Of a DNA stretch of 64,000 bases, positions 24,601 to 38,487 are shown piece after piece; the first letter of the stretch is position 1, and every line of letters begins with the position of its first letter. Origin of the DNA: Azolla caroliniana (lineage: Eukaryota > Plantae > Polypodiophyta); assembly GCA_043228905.1 (NCBI GenBank), contig JBHGNT010000003.1:22506001-22570000 (forward strand), given 5' to 3'. A program made the translations under genes and the position numbers. Under the pieces are notes generated by a model, which saw nothing but the letters and a program-made list of their open reading frames with translations, was not told where the DNA came from and made no database searches.

Positions 24601-27176
24601 TGTAGTTTAGTGTTATGGACATCAACTTCCATTGGTGTGACGTTGCTATTGTACTACTTGTCGAAATTGACATTGGATGACCAGGTCATTTGGAGTTCTG
24701 TTTGTGTTGTTGCTTCAATGCGTTGTGCAATGAGGATGGCTTCCTGAAATGTTTTGGGGCCTTGGTCGCGCACTTGACGATATATACGTGGCCATAAGAA
24801 GAATAGCTTCATCATTTCTGGCATTGTTGGATTTGCGCGAGTAAGTAATTGTTGTAATCGGATAGCAAATTGTGTTACTAGCTCATGTTGTTGTTGTTTG
24901 ACTGTCTCTAGTTGTTGCAGGGCCGTCTGAGTTGAGTCATGGTTTGCGAAATTCCCGATCATGAGGGATTTAAGTATCGACAAATTGTTCTTGGCCTCCT
25001 CTAATTGTTGTATGAACCATGTTGCTACGATGCCCTCCAACAATGTTCGCATCTCTAGTGCTTTCCGTGTTTCGGTCCACTGATGATAGCTTGCCACCAT
25101 TTCAAAATGATCGTGCCAAGAAAGGATGTCCTTAGACAGTAGACCAGAGAAGGATTTAGGTCGTACTCATGGATCTGGACAATTACTGTGCCTATCTATC
25201 TACGAAGAGAAAAAAGATAGCATGGCCTGATTAGTCAAATTTGATTGTACTACGATGTTAGATACCCCTTGTATTAGTTTATCTATTTGGAAAGTTTGAC
25301 GGTTTTCTTAGTGTTGTTGCAGAAATTCTGGATTCATGTCGATGCATTCTGTTGCACCGTTGTTCTGTATTGGGGATGCCATATAATGTATGTTGGTTTC
25401 GACTTCTTGTTCTTGCGTCTTGTTGTGTTGGGGTAGCGTCTTGTTTTATTTCAGTTATCTCTTGATTTGGTGTCTTGAGTGTTGCATGTCTTCTCCACCA
25501 AAGTGTGTAAAATGCCTCAAACTCTTCTTTCCTTTTCCATTCCATCTAAATCCTTTTATAGTGTTTGGTAGTACATTCCAAGATACATTCAGTTATCTTG
25601 GCACACTTATAGTTACTCATCTAGTTCCCTCTAACTAACCTTTTACTAAACTATGGTATAACTAACGAAACCATGGTATAACTCCCCTAACCCTTGTTAT
25701 AGCTACTTGGGATAGGTGAGGGGTTTTGCCCTGTGGTTTTACCATGCGACCCCACAATATAGTATGAAATGCATATATAAAATCAATGTATTATTCAGGA
25801 ATGATAAATGGGAAGCTTAAATAATTGTTTGAGATGTTCCTAATTACAAGCAATATGCTAGCGTGCATCTTCAAACTTTATTGTTCACGAGCACATCAGC
25901 AAAAACCAAAACAAGAGTTTTGCATTCTAATGAGTCAATTTTGGTCCAAATCTTTTTAATTGCTTAAGATATATATATAGATAACATATTTCAATTTTCA
26001 AATAATTTATAAAAAAAATTAATTAAGCTATCCACTAGTGGGATTGAGGACTTGGGGAATCATGAAAGGATAAAATGTTTGGTACATGTTGCGTTTATTT
26101 TTAATGAAGGGGATAGAAAATCATCATTTTTTCTTGCTACTAGCTAGGAAGCTACGTTGTAGATTATAATAATCACACAATTATGGATAGTTTGTATCGA
26201 TTATGTCAAATGTTTTGTTTTGAATGGGCACATGACATGTTACTTCTGGATGGGCTAGAAACATATTTCTCCCTATCCATGTTGATGTGTTACAGTTTTT
26301 TGTTCCCTAGTCATAATATGACTTTCAAAATATTTATACATGTCTTGTCATATGGGATTTTCAAAGGCCTTGAACAAGTGGATGGCCATCAAATACTACT
26401 ACCATTAATGGAGAGGAATGCCCTTTGTTGTGTGCTTGTTTCCATTGAGTTAACTTGTGATTTTGATTTCTTTCTATACCTTGTGCATCTTTGGGCGTCC
26501 ACACCTTGTGATGCCCACAGGGAGCTACATGTACTTCAAGCTACAAGGCGTACCCATAATTATAATTAACTTTGAATCATAATTAGAATCCCATGACATC
26601 ATTGGTTTCTCTCCGTGTTCATAGTCAAACATAGATAGACCCATTGATGGTGTCCACAAGTTCACCATTTTTGCACAATTGAAGGTGATTGATTAGAGAT
26701 GAGAATTGGAAAGAAAAGGTATTTGATTTAATGTGGTGGGTTAGTGAATGCCTATATATGGTCAATAAAGAATAGCAATCCAACTACCCTAGTGCCTACA
26801 CAAGATATCCCCTCTCTCAAACAAGACAATATTTGAATGAATCCAATCAATAATGCATGCTTACATTATTTTGTTTCTCAACTCTATTGCATATTTGTAA
26901 ATTCTCTCGTGTTTTTGTCTACATCCCATATTCTTGTTGGCACATTAATTTCATGTACCAATATACTTTGCCTCCAACCAATATACATTGCTTTCAATCA
27001 TAACCTTCTCAAATTCCTAGATTGGCAAAAAGTTTCTATTTTCATTGTTTGGTGTTCCACCTGCCTAGTACAATGGTTGGGTGTAGATGAATGCTCTTTG
27101 TCTAGGCTTGACTTAGTCAATCAAAAGGCCTCCAACATAGGCAATGGATGGTTTTTGTTCCTTTACTATTGGTAGC

Positions 27177-27395
27177 GAGACAAACCAACTTTAGTTTTCC
27201 TTGCTTAGCATATATTGGTCATGGTAATGTTTGATATATTGTATTGTTGTATTACAATAATTGTTTCAACAACAAAAGTTCTACAAAGACAAACCAAATT
27301 TAGTTTTCCCTGTGTAGCACATTGATCATGGTATTGTTTGATATGTTATATTGCAACTTGCAAGAATTGATTCAAGAACAAAGGTTCTACAAAAT
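27177..27395. repeat. Diverged tandem duplication, ~110-bp unit
   Basis: AGACAAACCAA(C/A)TTTAGTTTTCC occurs at ~27177 and ~27287 with collinear downstream sequence. Confidence 0.75.
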
Positions 27396-29301
27396 ATAGA
27401 GCAAAGTATATGTACATAGATACATTGAACTAAGTGGAACAAAGATCTTGTTTTGATTGCAAAGTTTTGGACATAAACAATAAATAGTTTCCCTTCTTTA
27501 TTTATCTAACTTGTTCAAAGTAAATATTGTATCTCCATACTAGTGTCTCAGCATTTTGGACCTTTGCCTTTTGTTGCATCATCTCAACTAGCGTATAAAG
27601 GTGCTCTATTAAAGTCTACGTTAAAAAATGTAATGGTAGAATTTCACACTGTCAAGACATTCAAAATATTTACCATTGCTACATTTATTTACGTGATTGG
27701 ATTTTGAAATCCTTTGAATTAGTAACCAACCAAGTCATGTACTTCCTTTCATGCTTTTTAATATGATGCTATTGGTCTCATTCCATAAGGCTAGATTCTT
27801 TGTAATTGAGCATGGAAGTATGCGAAGTGATTTTCCATACTTGCCCACCTCTTTTTTATTCATAGTAGTTTGACCAAAAATAGATTGCACAACTACAAGG
27901 TTGGTTAGTTACTCTAGATGTTCAAGATTTTAAAAAGTTATTGATGAATGCTGCAATTTAGAATACACATCACAACCAAGATAATGGTCCTAATGGAAGA
28001 ATAGGTCAAGTTGAACAAAAGTTATTACTTTAATGTAGAATGTGAGCTCTAATCAAATAAACAATGGTGGGTGATGATCATGAGCAGGCAGGCACCTACA
28101 TGCATTGATGTGCAAAAAAAGTGTTATGCCAATGGATTTCCTAAAAGCACATGATGCCAACAAGAATATGTGAGAAATGCACTTTTCATTATAGCTTCAT
28201 ATGCTAACCCGACACATTAGTTAGCCAAGTTGGTGAATAAAGAATTGTGAAACATAGATATGACAATAAATTAATATTGGGTCCCAAATCTTTTATGTAC
28301 ATTGGTGAAGTTCAATAGAGTTTTGGCATATTAGAGTAGCATTTTGATCACTCGACCTTACCTTAACATGTTGTAATTAACAGCAAAAGACTTCTCTTTC
28401 TAGTATTCTGTTACATATCCATTATGATTCTAGGAAAGTGGAGTATTTCAAAATAATCTAAACCCCTATTTCAAAATAATCTAAAACAGTTAAACGTCTT
28501 CGATCCTTGTTCATTGAAGTGGAATAACACCTCAATCAAAGTCTCAAGGTTCCATGTAAATGTCCCCCACACTACACCAAAATATGTAATCATCTTTTAT
28601 CCAAAACTTACAAAAAATAATTGTAAGAAGACATGTGTTTTTCCCTTAACATCAATACCATCAATGATTTCAACAATCCTTTTTGGGACATTGAAGATAG
28701 ATAAGTAGTTGCCTTAATTATTTATGAAGGGTCATCAAGTTTCTCAAGTGTCTCATATATCTTGTAGTACCATATCTTGTAGTAGACAACATTCAGATAC
28801 TACTTCATAACATTCTGTTGCTTTAGTGAAACTTGAATTAATTATGGTACACTAGAGTTGCAAACATGTATGTATTAATATTTACACATACATATCATTA
28901 TGCTTTTAATATTAATATTTACAGATAGACATACACACATTATTATGCATCTAATGTAGATTATAGTCTTGTCTTAACATAGACACACAATATGAAGGGA
29001 AGAGATTCTTTACCAGTACACATCCAATGGCACATTTAATTTCACATGCTCATATTGAATATAATTACCTGCTATATACAATTTGGCAGTTCTCGCAAAT
29101 GCACGAGTAACACATTCAATATCTCCTAAACATCGTGAACGCATAAGAAGGCTTCTTCTCTCTCATGTTTTAAATTGAATAAGGAATATACATTTACTTC
29201 TATTTTGTTTTTCTTAGTCTTTTTTCATGCGGACCAAATTTAGCCCTTAACGAAAAAGAAGTATTAAATGGTATGGTACATACAGTTTGACCTATTTATA
29301 G

Positions 29302-32300
29302 TCATGGGCTGCTCACACTGAACTCCATTGATTGCTTTCGTTTTACACGTGTGTCTATTTTCTTCTGCCTCTCTGCCAACGAGACACTATTAATATAATA
29401 TCTTTTGACGGAGAAAAATGATAAATAGACAAATTTCAATCAAATGGGGCATAATAAGATAAACAAACACAGTGAAGAGAATTTATTTGTGGTTAGTGAT
29501 GGTTCCTTTTGGTGCATATCATAGCTGCAAACACATCGTTTTTACTAACCAGTTGAGTTCCTTTTCATGGATTGAAATAATATGAAATTATGAGGAACAA
29601 TGACAATTTTATAGGAAGACAACATTTCAATTGGCCCCTGCCACTACCAACATTGTATATGATGGCGTTGTTTTATGTCCGCATACATACATGGATCTTA
29701 TTTATGTTGCTTTTTAATATGCACTTATATTCATGGATCTTTAGGTATGTGATTTATATGCGAATATAGATGGATTTTTATGCGCATATACATACATCAT
29801 TTATGTTTATGTTATAAGAATATGGGGGTATTGCATTGCATAGTAACACATTATGCTTGATGAAATGTAACTTATTTATGAACAGATGGTGATGGGCAAA
29901 TTGACTTCAAGTTACCTTTTCACGATACCAAGATAGCAAAAAGAAAGAGGTTTAGCTTACTTTTGTTTGCAATGGCACTTCTCGTTAAAGCAAGGAATTC
30001 ATCCCATTGCATTCCTTGCAATTCTTGCTTTTCTTCCTCGGAGAGTTCAAAGTTTGGTTCTCTTCCACATTTGTATGCAGCCCTGTCTCAAGAGCCATAT
30101 AAGACATTATCCATGAATTAGTAACAAATGAATTTCTTTCATATCCATAAAATATGCATGAAACATGAATGATATGTGCACCCACAATAAACAAATCTCT
30201 TCTATGCTTTAAAACGCCGTAAAGTGTGACAAAACCTTCCAAGATAGTTGTGTGAACATCCTAGTATAGACACCATAAGTCACTTGCTAGTAGTCTATAC
30301 ACACACATACATATAGGTACAGCCTCTACATACCTTTCATAATTTTTGAGGTTATATTAGCAATGCTAAAGACAACATAAAAAGATGGAGAATTAGTTAC
30401 CGATCATAAAGATGGGCAGCTTCTTCCATGGATGACACTGTGCCCAAATGTATTTGCTTTTTCTCCACCTTGATTGCAGCTTGCCATTTCATGTTCTTGA
30501 AATAAACACCTCGCAACATGCAAGTCTCTTGATTTCCTGATTGGCGCCTCCTTTGTCTCTTCCTTCGTTTTAGCTCACATTCTACATAAAACATATAAAA
30601 AAAGAGTTTCCCTTCTTATTCTCCATGTTTTACTCTTTTGGCCAGGAAACAGGCATGTAATATCTATACAGAAAGAATGCATCATAATTGGCACTGCCCT
30701 AATCCTGAGGATACAAAAACCTACATTGAAAAGAATGGGATATACCCTATAGGTAAGGCCAGTTTCAACAAACGAGGTTGAAATCTCAATGTATACACAG
30801 TTAGATGCCACTGCAGAATGTAGGCATTGTGCACGTGACATCTGATCTTTACTGAAAAATCTTACCAACAAAGCTACAACTGTCTGGCAAAATCACATCT
30901 CTCTATATATATGTACATACACATGCACAAATATACAGAAATGAAGTATACATATACATCAGATGATCATTTAACATCCATTGACAATTAGACTCCATTT
31001 TATTGAGAACACTGACCATCCCTAAGGAGGATTCATGTTCAGTTGGACCTGGAATAGAAGATTTAAGGAATTCTATCCATATATAAGGATCTTTTCTTTA
31101 CCTATTCATTACAATTTTGGATGTATTTCTTACCAGGAGAATGGCAAGAACTCAGGGATCAGATAAAAACAGGGGATTAGCAAAGATCTTAGGATACTTT
31201 CAAGCATAGGAAAATTGCATTATAATATGTTGATGGATTCTTATAGAATCTGAGGAAATTGGCACTTTCCTTTTCTTTCACTCTTTATCTTCACCCCAAT
31301 ATACCATCTATCTAAATATTCAATGCCCTTCAATTACCCGTGTTGTTTTAGTATGAACTGAATTTCTAAGAGAAAACAACATATGGATTCCCATCAGTAA
31401 AAGATCAAGCATGTATACCAGAACTCTTCTTTTCCAATTTCTACAACATATACCTTGCAGATTACTTTGTTTATCCTTGGAATAGTTATTTTCTGAAATC
31501 ACGGATGCAGTGACCTCATATTCGAGTGCCTGCAACAAAAAAAGGAAACGATCAATCTCTTAACCATTTATGCACTTTAGTTCATTTCATCATAAACAAA
31601 ATAACCATTTGACAATCAAAAAAATTTATGCCACATTGACAAAATGACCCCTGCATAGAAGTCGATAAAATTTCATAAATTCTGGAGAATTACATTACCC
31701 ACACACAATTGTCTGGGTAATAATGCAGAAAGATACTGGCTTTACTCAAGTTTCCTACATGGAATTTATCTAGAAGTGTAAAGCTTTTAGTCAGAAGAGA
31801 CCCCAACACTGCTTCTGTCATAAACAAACTTAGGAACCAATTCTAAAGGCTAATTTCAATTGTTTAAGGGTAAGATACGTCGAAAACCAATCATCTTCGC
31901 ACTTGGGGCAAACCCATAAGGATCTGTGACACACGCAAAGACATGGCTGTCTTAGAGCCTAAGGATTTGGGCTATATAAAGAGCACTAACTACCCTCTTC
32001 ACTACAGCAACTTGAGATGGTGCTGAGACTCTATTGGTAGGCCAAGCAATCTGTTTCAGCTACATACATCTTAACGTCCATGGTACGACATTAAATAATA
32101 TTGGGTGGAGTAGGACGCTGATGGTATTTTATGTTCATCTCTTGTCATTCACTTGGGGGAGCTCAATGTGGTTAAGCACTCTTAAAATATTCTTTTTTTA
32201 ATCTTAGTATGCATTGCTTATTATTAATCTTTGATTCATAATAGTTTCTAATCAAAGTCATTACATTAGAGAAGAAAGAAAGAAAGAAAGAAGAGAGGCT

Positions 32301-33004
32301 GGCATTATTGAAAGGATTCGTAACTCTTTCAGTCACTTATTCGTCTTTAAGAACACTTGCACTTTCCCTCTGAAATGTGTCCTTGCTCATGGCAAGTTTA
32401 TTGTCATTCTCAGCTCGTGGGGTTCTCTTTTATTGTGATTGTGGTTGATGCTAATTCTGATGGGTATTGTGATGTTGACTGATGTACATAAAATATTATC
32501 CTTAGCTCAAGGGTCAATGGTCAAATGAATTCCTCAAGATGAGAGGTGCCTGTATTATGCATACTTCTAAATATACTTCCAATACAAAAATTTATGCTGG
32601 ATTCATAATTACAATCACTTATTATATTCCTAGAATTTTTTAAAAATAATCTTGTTATTGAGGAATCAAGAGCAGAGCGCACATAGAAACCGAATTATTT
32701 ATTTTCATTGAAAATGTGTGTGGTACTTGGAGGAATCACCAAATGTTTGCTATAAATTAAGGTGGTTGTTAACAATCATAATGCAATGATACCACAAACA
32801 TCCAACTTAGAACAAATAAAACCACGTATTAAATCAATGTTATCTATAATTCGCTTCAAAATGCACTAACCAGCTTCAGCTCAGATTTGAATTGCTCTGA
32901 CTCTATAATGCCTTTCTCTATACCTGGATCTTCTAAAGTTTCAACTTTGGATTCTGGGTGTTGTCCATGTACTCTAGAAATCTGGCTCAAAACTTTATGC
33001 CTTT
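29302..33004 (-). CDS. AP2/ERF 'Soloist' transcription factor (At4g13040/APD1-like); 5' exons uncertain, possibly extending to ~36040
   Basis: Phase-consistent exons 33004-32871, 31529-31454, 30581-30401, 30082-29961 and 29372-29302 (TGA). They encode 'KRRKRQRRR..MLRGVYFKNMKWQAAIKVEKKQIHLGTVSSMEEAAHLYDRAAYKCGREPNFEL..WDEFL..TRSAIANKKRQKK', the diagnostic Soloist AP2 domain. Confidence 0.9.
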
Positions 33005-36000
33005 CTGCACAACACATTTCAATATTTGAATTTAAAAATAGGCATTGAGATATGGAGAACTCAATCTCCATTATCAATGCACAATGATAACAACAAAATA
33101 TAACGCAAATATCACCAATGTCCTAGCATTAGTTGATTAAATGCATTTTTCAAAGCATCCAAACCAATAACTTGTTGGCCTCACTTACATTAAAAAGCTA
33201 CAAAAAAAACATACTAGCAACTTTCACATGATATTACATACCCAAAAGACTGAGGTGACGGCGTTTCCGAATGCTGACCATACCTTAAGAGCGCGCACAG
33301 CCTGAAGCGAGAACATTTAGAAGAAAATCACAAATGCCATCACTCCATGATTAATTCCATATTCCCAACAAAGAAGGATGAGTACATCAGCTTACCTGAA
33401 AACTGTTGTGATAATTTCAACCACCCTATGACTTCAAGAGTAAACGTTTCTTCAATTTTCAAGAATGCAAGAAAACCACCTCAAGCTGTATCCCAAAATA
33501 ACTTATGGTTTTTTCGTCTGGTTTTCTTGTCAGAGATACCTGATTTTGTTAGGTCACAAAGTACAACAACATGTGAAGAACAAGGAATATTAGCATTTCC
33601 GTTCTGATTAGTTTCCTTCCTGATCAGTCACAGTGTAAGTGCAATCATTTTGAGCTATATGAACAAAATAAAATAAAAATTAACCATTGTATTCATCAAT
33701 CATTTCTTTCCAGAGTCAAAAAGTAACTCTGAAACAGATAAAAGGAAACAGTTGTAATAACCTTTGAGCTATGGATAAATTAATAAAACAAACTACATTC
33801 GAATTAATCAATAAATTTCACCTTTTACATTTCAATGGTTCCCCAACTGCAGAAACAGGCATTCCTCTTTTGGGTCAATTCATCATAAGGATGTGTTTTT
33901 TTCCTCATTAAATCTTCTTGGAACATATATATGACTAAGTTGGTTAGGATTAATGAAGCTTTAAGCATATCCTTTTGCTAGTGGATGGCCTATTGGGTGT
34001 AGCGACTGAACCCTGACCCTTGTGGATGGCCCCATCAAGTATCATTCTTCTTCCTCTAAAATCATGGTTTTTCTCCATGTTGAAGCTCACTATCACTTAG
34101 AACCAAAGAATATGTTCAGATATCATTTGGGCATAGTTTTGAATGCATCCATATCACGACAACACTTGAACTTGTTTAGAATAGCGAGAAGATCAGGAAA
34201 GAATTGACTAACTCTGCATACAATATGAGTGCCAATAGGAAGATTTATCAAAGTAGACTAATTAAGTTGGACTTTTTTAGAATAGATTAAAGATATTATA
34301 CTTACATGAGTATTTAGGTTCTCCTGTAGAATATTTTAGAACTCGCTATGCTATTGACCCTCCACTTTATTTAATTAACCATACGATGTGGCAAACCTAG
34401 GGCTATTATATATCTGGAATATGGTGTACTATTAAGAGCTATATAATCTGGTGGCAAATCTCATCTACTTCTTGTATTATCTTATACTCAACTATAATAG
34501 CAGTCTACTTATTGTCAAGGAACCAAGAAAGGTTACTGGTACTGTTGTTCAAGACAAGATCAGTTATAAATTTTAATTGTTTTTGGTTGCCAAACCCGGT
34601 CTGTTTTTCGAGAATCTTAAGTTTACACCTTTAGGCTCAGTCCATAAAAGTGCAAACCCCTTTGTCAAAAGACAAAGAAAAGTGTTGGTACAAAACAAGA
34701 ACAAACTTTACATATGATTGGTCAGCCACGAGTTGGAAACTTTCTTTTTTTTAAATTTGGAAACATGAACTACAATAACTGATACTTTTTTGGAACCAAG
34801 CATTTATCCATGTATCCCTAATCTAGGCCTTCAATTTTAACTGCCACATTTTTTTGCAACCAACATGTACTGCTAGATCAGCACCACATTTCTTTCTTAA
34901 GGCTTCATTTTACCTCAGATACCCTTTTCTCCAGCCAACCGTTTAATACACCAGCATCATGCCCCTTTCTCTAAGAGGCATGATACCACCCTTAATTTTT
35001 TTGCGGCCAACAACTTACCATCACATCAACACAACACCCTTTAAGTTTTAACCCCACTTTTTTAATTCAACCATTTACCACCATGTCAGCAGTACGCTTC
35101 TTCCCTAAGGTATCGTTCTCCATAGGGCCACCTTCCATTGGCATCAGCTTGAGAACAAGCATGATCCAAAACCTATAACTAAATCATCTGCCAGCCAGTG
35201 CATTAACACCTCTCTGGATGAGAGAAACTTTCCAAACACATCAAATAAACGTAGTTTATGGAATATACATTAGCAATATCCAAATGCATTTATTCCCATT
35301 CATTTCCTTAAAAATATTTAATCTTTTGGGCTTCTGGATCATACAAGTGGATGGAATGCGCTCGGCATTTGAAGATTTCCTAATTAGGTGATGAATCAAA
35401 ACGTCTAACCTTATAATTTCTTCGGGGATAAATTAATCATGTCCACTAGGTTAAATGATATATTAAGGGAAGGTGGTCCTAGCACCTATCAATCTCAAAA
35501 TCGTACGAAAATTTGTTATAATTCCTAAAACACAACTCAAGTTTGCCATACTTCCCAATGCACAACAACTTAATTCATTTTCATCAGTTAATAAGTAAGA
35601 GCTTATAGGATTCGAAGTTTCTTAAATTTTTATTAGTAAACGATGTCTGATTTGATGAATTGGTCGGTAATTATCAGAAAACACTTCAACTATGACCGAA
35701 AATAATTCACTTTCCCAAAGAACAGTAGACTTAGAGTGGAAATTGCAGTAAATTAGATGGGTAATTACAGTAAACTAGAGTGGCATTTTACGAGTTTCAG
35801 TAAAACTCAAGAGTGGCAAACTTAGGAATCGTGGAAAACTCAGAATGGCATTTTGATCATTTTTTCCCGTAGAAGAAACGCATGCACTTTTTTAAACGAG
35901 AGCTCAAAATCTTTCTTAAAAGAGAAAAGCCTCAATTAAAACATGAGAGAACTCATTCTGAGGGAGAAAATCCAGGCGATAAATAATGAGAGACGGCAAA

Positions 36001-36049
36001 AAACAAAGTGAAACGTACCTTGATCCTCTTCAGATCTCATATAAGTGTA

Positions 36050-36530
36050 CACACACACACACATATGTATATACATATATATAGGGGGGGGGGGGGGGGG
36101 GGGGGAGAGAGAGAGAGAGAGATACACAAACAAAAATTAAGACAGAAAACAGACAGAGATTGCACATACACAGACAGCAGAGGGGTGGGTACCTTGGTGG
36201 GTTGACCCTTCCTCTTAGGCTTCTTGTGCCTGAGCTTGTTGTTCATCCAGCTTTTCTTCTTCTTCTTCTTCTTCTTCTTCTTCTTCTTCTTCTTCTGGTG
36301 TTGGTGCTGCTGTTGCTGGTGGAAAATGTAGGCATAGATAGATAAATATAGTAGATCCATAAAGAGACACACAGAGAGAGAGAATGGATAGATGAGTTGA
36401 ATGTATGTAATGTAATACAATGAATGAGAGAGAGAGAGAGATATAGAGATGGATAGATGAGTTGAATGTAATGCAATGAATGATATAGGCTCAAGACATA
36501 ACTAACACCACATTCACACACACACACAAG
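36050..36530. repeat. Microsatellite cluster [(CA)n, poly-G, (GA)n, (TTC)n] in the presumed 5' leader region of the AP2 gene
   Basis: Read directly, for example the (TTC)n run at ~36253-36295 and the G run at ~36084-36106. Confidence 0.85.
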
Positions 36531-38487
36531 AAAGACTTACCGCTTGTCCGTCCTCACGTACCTTGATCATCGATAACTTAGAGAATGTCACTTTGTTTTG
36601 CCCAACCCTTGATTGGCCACCAAGAGTAAGGTTCTCCCCGACACCCTAGGGGGGACACTAGAATTGTTGAGTTCGTGATTTGTGTGTGTGTGTGTGTGTG
36701 CGCACGCGCTTTGTTTGTTTGGTATACGTGGGTTTGCCTTGCCTCCTCCAATAGCACAGTAAACCTTGGTGGAGGTTCACATTTTGTCATCCCCTGTCAC
36801 AGACTCGCGCTCATGTTCATAGCTTTGGAGTGGACTATACATTTTGTGTATTTGCCTCTTTGTATCCCTCTTTGTTTACCTTTTGGTAGGAAGTCTCCTT
36901 GCCTCCTCTTCCTTTATTACTCATTGATTGGTTCTCAATGCCTTTTATCACGCTGAAAAAATCTCACACCACTATTGTGCAAAATTAATGGAGTTTCTAC
37001 CCAAACATCAAAGCTCCTCATGCAAAGTTTTCGCGACCTAGTTTGGGTTCATTTCAACATGAATATGCTTCACCCAACATGGTATTTGGAATTCACAAGA
37101 TAGTTATTTTTTGCCCCAATAAATTGACATACAACCATCGCACATCCTTATCAAGATTTATACTAAGACTCGTTTCCTCAATTGGATACATCCAACTTGG
37201 TTTACTTTATGCTAGCTTGTCTTGCATCACCTTTGAGAGTTGACCTTGTCATAAAGACTATTCTAAAAGATCCACCAAGGGGATTTCATATCTTTGTACT
37301 AGTTTTAGAGAGATAGAAAAAGAGAATGTGAAAATATAAGCATGATAAACATTTAAAATATCCGAGAAATGCAATATGTTGGAAACAAATTATGTATGTA
37401 CCTACAACCATATTTTGAAATGAAATTGATTTGAGTACTAATGTTTGACTAATATCTTTTATTGAACTCGTGTGCTAGGGTGGCAAGTTTTCAAATCCTT
37501 GTTATCACTACTCGTTTGTGATGATTTGGTCTACCTAATCCTTGCCCATTCATTTCTTAGAAATCTAATATATTTTTAAATAATAAGTAAATTTCAAGAC
37601 TTTTTGGAACTAGTCTAGACTCTGCAGCTTCTATTACACATAGGTTGATAAGATATCTCTATAGGCTCTAGGAATAGGGAGCTGTATAGCTTCAAATGGA
37701 AACAAATAAAGATAGTAGAAAAATCATATAGACATAGCTCTTTATAATGAACTGGTCATAAACGTGTGATGTATCTTTAATTTATCTATTTGAGCAACAT
37801 TTAGGTCATTCATTCAACCTTTAAAATCCTATAAAGCTAGCATTTTGTCTATATACCCTTATAGACCATGTTATTAGATACATTGAGGCACAACACGGTC
37901 TTTTCATATCCACACACTTTAAACACATGACATTTTAGTTCAAGGTGTTGCATTTAGAATCTTGTGCTAAAGAGCTTCATAAATTAGATCGTTCTACCAT
38001 TTTCATTACCTCAAACCTACCTTTCACAAGTTTAATTAAAACATATATTGAAGATGTTATTCTTCCCTAATTAATGTAGTCATTTATAGCTTTTCGAAAC
38101 ACATAACATACAGCCCATAATCTAGAAATAACAGAAAAACACGTGCATCAAAGAAGTTTGAATTTTTTGTTTCAAATAGGCTGTCTCTTTAGAGAGGCAT
38201 TGTTAAAAAAACTGAGTATAAAAAGACAAGACATTTACAGCAGTTTTCTCTTTTTATTCAGAGAAACGCGTCTCATCCTCAATTAAACTTTGGCATTTTC
38301 TAACTTACTCAAACACCTTATTGGCACACACTTTATCCAATGTGTAAACAATAAAACTACCAAGATTTTATGCTTCAACAAGTAAACAACTAGAAGTTCC
38401 AATGTAAAGGAAACTTACAAGAGACATATGAATCATAACAGACATCAATACAGAACTTGTTGGAGATATATGTGTACAAATAAATGA

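Larger units (their letters stand above)
18544..25756 (-). mobile_element. Full-length but degenerate Ty3/Gypsy LTR retrotransposon (outer element)
   Basis: LTRs 18544-18769 and 25506-25756 (TGTAAAATGC...CCCACA on plus). ATAT TSD at 18540-18543 and 25757-25760. PPT GAAGGGGGAG next to the 3' LTR and PBS-like TGGTGGAGA at 25492-25500. Minus-strand domain order: gag (24654-25100, knuckle 'GHVKKHC'), protease ('VIFDSD'), RT, RNase H, integrase ('HDHPMSGH', 'ILSDKG', 'SPYHP', 'HVIRMKPY'). Confidence 0.93.

Noticed and set aside
26033-26043. CACTAGTG as the right terminus of the CACTA element
   Set aside because: There is no extended TIR match to 12837 and the flank is GGA rather than TCA.
31892-31912. 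ATCTTCGCACTTGGGGCAA, resembling the 5' end of plant U4 snRNA
   Set aside because: The similarity stops after ~19 nt, with no downstream U4 stem-loops or Sm site.
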